64,000 nucleotides of DNA from Candidatus Aminicenantes bacterium (GTDB lineage: Bacteria; Acidobacteriota; Aminicenantia; Aminicenantales; Aminicenantaceae): assembly GCA_011772475.1 (NCBI GenBank), contig WVZK01000086.1, positions 4,406 to 68,405 on the forward strand. Direction: 5' to 3'. The notes beneath the pieces are model-generated. The model did no database searches. It saw only the letters and a list, made by a program, of their open reading frames with translations, and was not told the DNA's origin. Position numbers and translations under genes: made by a program. Every line of letters starts with the position of its first letter. The stretch's first letter is position 1. Positions 57,810 to 64,000 of this stretch are shown here, piece after piece.

Positions 57810-57875
57810 AAAAAATGGGGCCACAAAAAATGGGGCCAGGCCCCAATAAAAATAAATGGGGCCTGGCCCCATTTT
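57810..57875. repeat. Composite of two inverted GGGGCC palindromes
   Basis: TGGGGCC-A-GGCCCCA at 57831-57845 and TGGGGCC-T-GGCCCCA at 57857-57871, plus a left half-element AAAAAATGGGGCCA. Confidence 0.9.
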
Positions 57876-57938
57876 CTACCATTTTTTTTACAGCTGATAA
57901 GGCTGAAAAAATTAATAATAGGGAAGGGATTTAAGCTC

Positions 57939-59612
57939 CTATTTTTTCTTTGCCGCCTCCATATCCGCATCTCTTTTTGCCTTGAATTCAGTTCCTTCTT
58001 TCCAGTTGGGAAATGTAGATTCCATGCTTAGCTTATAACCAACTCTGAAAAGTAGGCGAAGATCATCGATAGCACCCGAAAGGTCCCAGTTCGGGTTAAA
58101 CTCATCAGATGGTTTATGGTAATTTTCTGCTGTATATTTTTCCTTTCTGGCCAGAGTCCAATCTTCACCGTGTTCAACATGGTCAATGCCAGAACTTGTA
58201 TAAAGAGCAGGTATACCTTGTTTGGCAAACGGAAAATGATCTGAGCGGTAAAAAGAACCTTTTTCTGGCGTCGGATTCGGTCGAACTCTGCGTCCTTGCT
58301 CTTTAGCGGCAGCTTTAACATAATCGTCTAGCTCAGAGTTTCCGTAGCCAATAATTGTGATATCTTTCATCTTGCCATAAATATTGAGAGCATCCATATT
58401 GATAGCAGCTGCGGTTTTAGCTGTGGGGCAGACAGGATGAGTGGCATAGTATTGCGAGCCGAGAAGTCCCTGTTCCTCCGCGGTGGTTGCGAGAAAAATT
58501 ATCGACCGGGAGGGGAGTGATTCGAGCATCTTGAAAGCTTCTGCCAATTCGATAAGCGCAGCTGTCCCAGTAGCGTTGTCAAGCGCGCCGTTGAAAATTT
58601 GGTCTCCTTCAAGTGTTGAATCAATGCCAAAATGGTCCCAATGTGCCATATAGATGATGCATTCGTCAGCTCGATCTGCTCCGGGGAGAAGCGCTATCAC
58701 GTTATTTGACTTCGATTGCCTTAGACTGTTTATTAGAGTGACCGATGCCTTCAAGCCGAGAGGGATGGATTTAAATCCGCGCTTGGCTGCAGCAGGTTTT
58801 ATCTCGTCATAATCCAGGCCGGCGCTCTCAAAGATTTTGTGCGCAGTTTCAATCGTTACCCAGCCCTCAACAGCACAGCGGGATAAGTTTTTATCCTCGC
58901 TTATCAAGTAGAATTGGGGCCCAGTCCAGCCATTCTTAACGACTCCCCATGGATAAGCAGCGGGTTCGGTCTCGTGTATGATAAATACACCGGCGGCACC
59001 CTGCCGGGCAGCTTCTTCGAACTTATAAGTCCAGCGTCCGTAGTACGTCATGGCTCGACCTTTAAAAAATTCAGGATCTTTTGTAGCAAATCCAGGGTCG
59101 TTGACCAGCATCACAACAGTTTTACCACGCACATCAAGACCCTCATAATCATTCCAATCGTATTCAGGTGCAACTATGCCGTAGCCAACAAAGATCATTT
59201 CGGAATCATCCAGCGAAACCTTCTCTACGACTCGAAGTGTAACTCCCACAAATTCGTCGCCATAAGCAAAATGCATCGATTTTTTATCGCTTTTTATTTC
59301 GAGCTTAGTCACAGGGTCTGCAGTTATTTCCACCATCGGAAGCTCTTGGAAGAAACTCTCGCCGTTTCCTGGCTTTAAACCGACTTTTAGAAATTCCTCT
59401 TTTAAGAAGTTTATAGTCTTTTCCTCTCCCTTTGAATCTGGCGATCGCCCTTCAAATTCATCTGAAGAGAGGATTTCCACGTCCCTTGATAACTCCTCTG
59501 CTGTAATGCTCTCCAATGCTGCTTTCAATTCTTGATCTTTTTTTGCACATCCAAAAAAGAATAGAGCCAATAAGACCAGGGGGATTGCCGTCGAAAAGTA
59601 TTTTTTATTCAT
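57939..59612 (-). CDS. M28 family aminopeptidase-like lipoprotein
   Basis: IPLVLLALFFFGCAKK lipobox; YMAHWDHFGID; GALDNATGTAALIELAEAF; FLATTAEEQGLLGSQYY; YRSDHFPFAKQGIPAL. Confidence 0.93.
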   Translation of the reverse strand: MNKKYFSTAIPLVLLALFFFGCAKKDQELKAALESITAEELSRDVEILSSDEFEGRSPDSKGEEKTINFLKEEFLKVGLKPGNGESFFQELPMVEITADPVTKLEIKSDKKSMHFAYGDEFVGVTLRVVEKVSLDDSEMIFVGYGIVAPEYDWNDYEGLDVRGKTVVMLVNDPGFATKDPEFFKGRAMTYYGRWTYKFEEAARQGAAGVFIIHETEPAAYPWGVVKNGWTGPQFYLISEDKNLSRCAVEGWVTIETAHKIFESAGLDYDEIKPAAAKRGFKSIPLGLKASVTLINSLRQSKSNNVIALLPGADRADECIIYMAHWDHFGIDSTLEGDQIFNGALDNATGTAALIELAEAFKMLESLPSRSIIFLATTAEEQGLLGSQYYATHPVCPTAKTAAAINMDALNIYGKMKDITIIGYGNSELDDYVKAAAKEQGRRVRPNPTPEKGSFYRSDHFPFAKQGIPALYTSSGIDHVEHGEDWTLARKEKYTAENYHKPSDEFNPNWDLSGAIDDLRLLFRVGYKLSMESTFPNWKEGTEFKAKRDADMEAAKKK

Positions 59613-59646
59613 TGATTATCCTCCATGAAATATTTATTTTCATATT

Positions 59647-59765
59647 GTAGGGGCTTGATTCATCAAGTCCACCTTATATATTTGTTTTTTTTCAAAATGT
59701 GGGTTTGATAAATCAAACCCCTACTCAACCTGAATCAAGCTCTTATGCATGAATCAAGCCTCTAC
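59647..59765. repeat. GTAG-palindromes, inverted pair plus degenerate copy
   Basis: Forward GTAGGGGCTTGATTCATCAAGTCCACC at 59647; inverted GGGTTTGATAAATCAAACCCCTAC ending 59724; GCATGAATCAAGCCTCTAC ending 59765. Confidence 0.88.
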
Positions 59766-60009
59766 AAGAAATAATTCGAACGCCTCACATGTATTAAGCA
59801 TTATCTTTGCGCTGCGAATAACATTTAGTTTTTATACTATTCTTAATTTAAAAATCAAATGATTTTCAACGGGAGTTCGGATATATAAAGAAAACTACTT
59901 CCTGGTTGCTGACAACTAAATAATTGGCGTGAGCTAAGAAAACAGTAAAATGAAAAAAAGTTCTTTTCTCTAAGAGCATTTTGGTATAATGATTTTTAGG
60001 AGAGACACG

Positions 60010-60630
60010 ATGCTTAGAAAAAGTTTGTTGATTTATATCTTATTCATGTTTATCGCCTGTGGCCCTAAAGTGCTGGTTCCTCCCGAGATCGACTTATTGC
60101 CTTATGAAAAAGTTGGATTAATTTCCTTTTCAGTCGAAAATGCTGAAGGGCAGCTGGATGAGATGGCAACACAGCGTTTTTTGCAGGAAATTACCAGATT
60201 TCAAAGAGGGGTTCAGGTTATTGAACTCGGCCCCCTTGAGAAAGTCCTGGAAAAGATCAACGAAACAAGCCTGGATCAAGAAGCAAAGAGTGCTATCGGG
60301 GAATATTTTGGTGTGGCATCGTTTTTTCATGGAGAAATTAAAATCTCTGAGGTCAAGCCCGACGTAGACATTGGAGCGCTAATAAAGAGCCTAAGAGTAG
60401 GGGCGAGTTTTAATATTTCAATGACGGCCAGACTTTTTTCAACCGAAACAGGAGCAACCCTGTGGACGGACTCAGTTTTAAGGAAAGAGTCTTTAGCAAA
60501 CATGAGTATTAGTCAAGACCAGATTCCCTATTTTGATGTTAAAGACCAGGATGAGACTCAAAAAAGATTAATTGAATACATGGTCCATGAATTGACCCGG
60601 GACTTCCGCCCAACGAAAAGGCGTCTATAA
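60010..60630 (+). CDS. CsgG/TolB-like-fold lipoprotein
   Basis: MLRKSLLIYILFMFIACG lipobox; YEKVGLISFSVENAEGQLDEMATQRFLQEITRFQRGVQVIELGPLEKVLEKI. Confidence 0.65.
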   Translation: MLRKSLLIYILFMFIACGPKVLVPPEIDLLPYEKVGLISFSVENAEGQLDEMATQRFLQEITRFQRGVQVIELGPLEKVLEKINETSLDQEAKSAIGEYFGVASFFHGEIKISEVKPDVDIGALIKSLRVGASFNISMTARLFSTETGATLWTDSVLRKESLANMSISQDQIPYFDVKDQDETQKRLIEYMVHELTRDFRPTKRRL

Positions 60631-60660
60631 AAGTTATTTAAGCTTTCAAATTTTAAGCCC

Positions 60661-63435
60661 ATGAAATGTCCTAAATGCAATTACGATAATCCTGAAAGCA
60701 CCAATTTCTGTGGCAATTGCGGAGAGCAGCTTCTTCCGTCCAAGAAAGCCGGAGTGCCTCACACCAAAACTCTCCAAACGCCTCTTAAAGAATTAGCCCG
60801 CGGCGCGGTTTTTGCCGATAGGTACGAGGTTATCGATGAGCTGGGTAAAGGAGGCATGGGCAAAGTCTATAGGGTGTTCGATAAGACGATAAAAGAAGAG
60901 GTCGCCTTAAAACTCATAAATCCAGAAATTGCTAAAGCAGAGAGGACGATAGAGCGTTTCAGTAATGAACTTAAACTTGCCCGCAAGATAGCTCACAGGA
61001 ATGTCTGTCGCATGTTTGACCTTGGTGAAGAAGAAGGAACTCATTACATAACCATGGAATATATTCCTGGGAAAAGCTTGAAGAGCGTGATCGGGATGAT
61101 GGGACAGTTGAGCCCAGCTCAAGTTGTTTTCCTGGCTAAACAAGTTTGTGAGGGATTGGACGAGGCACACAGGTTAGGGGTTGTGCATCGGGATTTGAAG
61201 CCGAGCAACATCATAATCGATAAAGAGGGGAATACTCGCATCATGGATTTTGGCATAGCTCGGTCGATTAAAGAAAAAGGAATAACTGGCGCTGGAGTTA
61301 TGGTCGGAACCCCGGAGTACATGTCACCTGAGCAAGTGGGAGCAGAAGAAGTTGATAGAAGATCTGACATCTATTCGTTGGGAGTCATCATGTACGAGAT
61401 GACAACAGGAAAGCTTCCTTTTGAAGGGGAGACAGCTTTGAGTATTGCCTTGAAGCATAAGACAGAAAAACCTCTTAGCCCCAAGCAGTTCAATTCTCAG
61501 ATCCCAGAAGATTTGGACCGAGTGATCATGAAATGCATAGCGAAGAATAAAGAGAAGAGATATCAGGAGACAAAGGAGCTCCTTGCGGAATTAAGCAAGA
61601 TAAAAGAGGGGATTACTACAGGAGAGAGGATTATCCCCAAGAGAAAGCCGACCACTTCAAAGAAGATAAAAGAGACGTTCAGGCTGCGTTGGATGCTGAT
61701 TGCCGCTGTGTTAATGGCAGTCGTTGCAGCAGGACTTGCTATTTTATATTTCGTAAGCAGAATAACTGCACCTCCTCCTGGGGAAAAGATGCTTGTCGTT
61801 CTGCCGTTTAAGAATCTTGGTCCCCCAGGAGATGAGTATTTCGCCGACGGAATAACAGAGGAAATTACCAGTCGTCTTGCCTCCTTGCAGGGGCTCGGAG
61901 TAATCTCTCGGACAAGCGCAATCCAGTATAAAAATACAGATAAGACAATAAGGCAAATAGGGGATGAATTGGGCATTGATTATGCGCTTGAGGGATCTGT
62001 GCGTTGGGATAGGAGTGCTGGAGGCAAAGGACGAGTGCGGGTAACTCCTCAACTTATCAGGGCTTCCGATGACGCTCACCTCTGGTCAGAGCGTTATGAC
62101 AGGGTATTAGAAGACATATTTTCGGTCCAATCTGAAATTGCAGAGCAAGTCGCCCAGCAATTAGACCTCACGGTGTTGGAACCTGAACGCAGGGCTTTAA
62201 ATGCTGGACCCACTGATAATCTTGAAGCTTATGACTATTATTTGCGCGGATTAGAGCACGAAAGTAGAGGCTGGGCACGCTTGGATAATCAAGAATTTGT
62301 ACAAGCAGTCGAGATGCTTGAAAAAGCGACTGAATTAGATCCTGAATTTGTACTGGCTTATGTCAGGATATCTCGTATCCATTCTAGGATGTATCATTTT
62401 GGCATAGGCCGCACCGAAGAACGCCTGGAAAAATCAAGGGCTGCAGTGGACAGAGCGCTGGAGCTCCAGCCTGATCTGCCCGAAGCGCAACAGGCCCTTG
62501 CGGTTTACTACTACAGGGGATTTCTTGACTATGACCGCGCAGCCGAAATATTTGAATCCCTCCAAAAAGCGCGACCTAACGTCTCACCGTCAATACTCGG
62601 CTACATCCAGAGACGAAAGGGTATGTGGGAGCGGTCGTTGGTAACGCTTGAAAGGGCATTCAGGCTCAACCCGCGTAACCCGCAATTAGCTTATGAGACA
62701 GGATTATCATACATAAGCATGCGCAGATATGATGAAGCTGCAGAGTGGTTCCACCGTGTCCTCTCGATTAATCCAGATCATTTTACAGCTCAACTGGGCA
62801 TCGTTGCAATCCATCTACTCTCAGAAGGAAATATAAAAGAAACGAAAGCCTTGTTGGAAGCCTTGCCCCAGCACCAGCTAAAAGATTACATGCGGTTCAC
62901 TCTTGGCATGCTTGAGCGAAACTTCCAGGAGGTGCTGGACCAACTTGCCTCCTTATCTTATGATTCTTTCGAGGGACAACAATTCTATTTCTTAAAAAAC
63001 CTGACTTACGCTTCAGTGTATCATGCTATGAAAGAGCTTTCGCTTGTGAAGAGCAGGGCTGAGTTAGCGCGCATTGCGCTTGAGAGGGCTGTTAAAGATC
63101 ATCCGGGAGATCCGAGATTCCACGCTTCACTTGGTCTTGCTTATGCTTACTTGGGCCAGAAGAGTGAAGCCATCCAAGAAGGAAATCGTGCAACAGAGCT
63201 TAATCCAGTATCAAAAGATGCTGCCCTTGGTCCTCCTTACATCCTGAATTTAGCCAGGATTTATGTTTTGGTTGGCGAACATGAGGAGGCTCTTAATCTG
63301 ATAGAGTATCTGCTATCTATTCCATCCTCTGAATTTATTTGGCAATTTGTATCTGTTCCGTTACTGCGCCTTGACCCACTCTGGGATCCGCTCCGTGAGA
63401 ATCCAAGGTTTCAGAGCTTGCTGGAAAAGGAATAG
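60661..63435 (+). CDS. Zinc-ribbon Ser/Thr protein kinase with TM, TolB-like region and TPRs
   Basis: MKCPKCNYDNPESTNFCGNCG; [13 protein letters not shown]; HRDLKPSNIIID; MDFGIARS; MLVVLPFKNLGPPGDEYFADGITEEITSRLA; TPR motifs. Confidence 0.93.
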   Translation: MKCPKCNYDNPESTNFCGNCGEQLLPSKKAGVPHTKTLQTPLKELARGAVFADRYEVIDELGKGGMGKVYRVFDKTIKEEVALKLINPEIAKAERTIERFSNELKLARKIAHRNVCRMFDLGEEEGTHYITMEYIPGKSLKSVIGMMGQLSPAQVVFLAKQVCEGLDEAHRLGVVHRDLKPSNIIIDKEGNTRIMDFGIARSIKEKGITGAGVMVGTPEYMSPEQVGAEEVDRRSDIYSLGVIMYEMTTGKLPFEGETALSIALKHKTEKPLSPKQFNSQIPEDLDRVIMKCIAKNKEKRYQETKELLAELSKIKEGITTGERIIPKRKPTTSKKIKETFRLRWMLIAAVLMAVVAAGLAILYFVSRITAPPPGEKMLVVLPFKNLGPPGDEYFADGITEEITSRLASLQGLGVISRTSAIQYKNTDKTIRQIGDELGIDYALEGSVRWDRSAGGKGRVRVTPQLIRASDDAHLWSERYDRVLEDIFSVQSEIAEQVAQQLDLTVLEPERRALNAGPTDNLEAYDYYLRGLEHESRGWARLDNQEFVQAVEMLEKATELDPEFVLAYVRISRIHSRMYHFGIGRTEERLEKSRAAVDRALELQPDLPEAQQALAVYYYRGFLDYDRAAEIFESLQKARPNVSPSILGYIQRRKGMWERSLVTLERAFRLNPRNPQLAYETGLSYISMRRYDEAAEWFHRVLSINPDHFTAQLGIVAIHLLSEGNIKETKALLEALPQHQLKDYMRFTLGMLERNFQEVLDQLASLSYDSFEGQQFYFLKNLTYASVYHAMKELSLVKSRAELARIALERAVKDHPGDPRFHASLGLAYAYLGQKSEAIQEGNRATELNPVSKDAALGPPYILNLARIYVLVGEHEEALNLIEYLLSIPSSEFIWQFVSVPLLRLDPLWDPLRENPRFQSLLEKE

Positions 63436-63459
63436 AATAATTGATATTATAAGGGCAAT

Positions 63460-63840
63460 ATGATGGATAAGTTAGGTTATATTAGATTATTTATTGTTTT
63501 TATCTATGCTTTTATAGGATGGACGCTTTGTGGAGCTGTTATGTTTATCGGAATGGCAGTTACGACTGAATTTGTTACACTGATAATTCATGCTATCGCC
63601 GCTCCTATCATTTTTGTCGTAGTAACTTCATTTTACTTCAAAAAATACGATTTCACTACTCCACTGGAGACCGCAGCTTTATTCGTTGCTTTTGTTATAC
63701 TCATGGACTTTTTCATTGTTGCTCTCATCATTAATAGAAGCCTTGCCATGTTTGGAAATGTTTTAGGAACCTGGATTCCGTTCATCCTAATCTTTATCGC
63801 AACCTACTACACGGGCCGACACGAAGAAAAAAAAGACTAA
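63460..63840 (+). CDS. Four-TM membrane protein
   Basis: 126 aa, four hydrophobic segments; 24 nt downstream of the kinase. Confidence 0.65.
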   Translation: MMDKLGYIRLFIVFIYAFIGWTLCGAVMFIGMAVTTEFVTLIIHAIAAPIIFVVVTSFYFKKYDFTTPLETAALFVAFVILMDFFIVALIINRSLAMFGNVLGTWIPFILIFIATYYTGRHEEKKD

Positions 63841-63859
63841 GTCGCCTATTGGAGAGAAA

Positions 63860-64000
63860 ATGAAAAGAGTCATTTTAGCAGGAATATTTCTTTTCGTTTT
63901 TTGCGCTTCCCTAACCCTCAATGCCCAGTGGGCAAGAACCTACGGAGGGAGTGACTTTGATCGAGCTTTTTTTATCCAGCAGACAAGCGACGGAGGTTAT
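63860..64000 (+). CDS. Secreted repeat protein, N-terminus only (WARTYGGS...QTSDGGY type)
   Basis: Hand translation MKRVILAGIFLFVFCASLTLNAQWARTYGGSDFDRAFFIQQTSDGGY, open to the window edge. Confidence 0.75.
   Translation, partial: MKRVILAGIFLFVFCASLTLNAQWARTYGGSDFDRAFFIQQTSDGGY

Noticed and set aside
57755-58031. ORFs 57755-57970 and 57774-58031 (WGHKKWGQAPIKINGAWPHF...)
   Set aside because: Translation products of the GGGGCC palindrome composite.
1-64000. tRNA, rRNA, prophage, integrase, toxin-antitoxin, restriction or classical defence system
   Set aside because: I looked on both strands and found no supporting sequence; the TPR and kinase genes alone are not sufficient to claim a defence locus.

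Overview
The window is an AT-rich (about 40% GC by eye) bacterial chromosomal segment. I see no tRNA, rRNA, CRISPR array, prophage or intact transposase. About 45 credible genes lie on both strands. The theme is secreted peptide and protein degradation: three S9 prolyl-oligopeptidase-type peptidases, gamma-glutamyltransferase, an M14 carboxypeptidase, an M14-type deacylase, an HtrA-type S1C protease, two tandem C69 dipeptidases, an M28 aminopeptidase and an APC permease. Transport and housekeeping genes include TrkH/TrkA, Na/Pi symporter + PhoU, TspO, cold-shock protein, an AlkD-like repair protein, an RRM protein, and a MacA-like adaptor with a duplicated FtsX/MacB-type permease. Two very large zinc-ribbon Ser/Thr kinases carry CsgG/TolB-like and TPR regions. 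Gene content suggests an uncultured Aminicenantes/Acidobacteriota-like organism (inference only). The ORF track missed several genes that I translated by hand: an edge-truncated DUF3943-like gene (1-715, -), a 47-aa membrane microprotein (34253-34396, -), a 32-aa orphan zinc ribbon (56322-56420, +), a 49-aa ORF (23289-23438, +) and the start of a WARTYGG-type secreted protein (63860-64000, +). The most interesting observations are: (1) two tandem paralogous secreted four-cysteine mini-proteins (C-x6-C...C-x6-C) directly upstream of a 6-bladed beta-propeller gene; (2) a dispersed intergenic GTAG+palindrome family (GTAGGGG[T/C]TTGATTYATCAA[A/G]CCC) with covarying arms, 57-bp tandem phasing and inverted pairs, resembling REP/BIME; (3) a second GGGGCC-A-GGCCCC palindrome family and nested composites; (4) a set of near-identical promoter cores (TTGACATCAAATTTTTCCTGTGCTAT) upstream of unrelated genes; (5) scattered paralogous modules around the zinc-ribbon kinases that share a promoter/leader.
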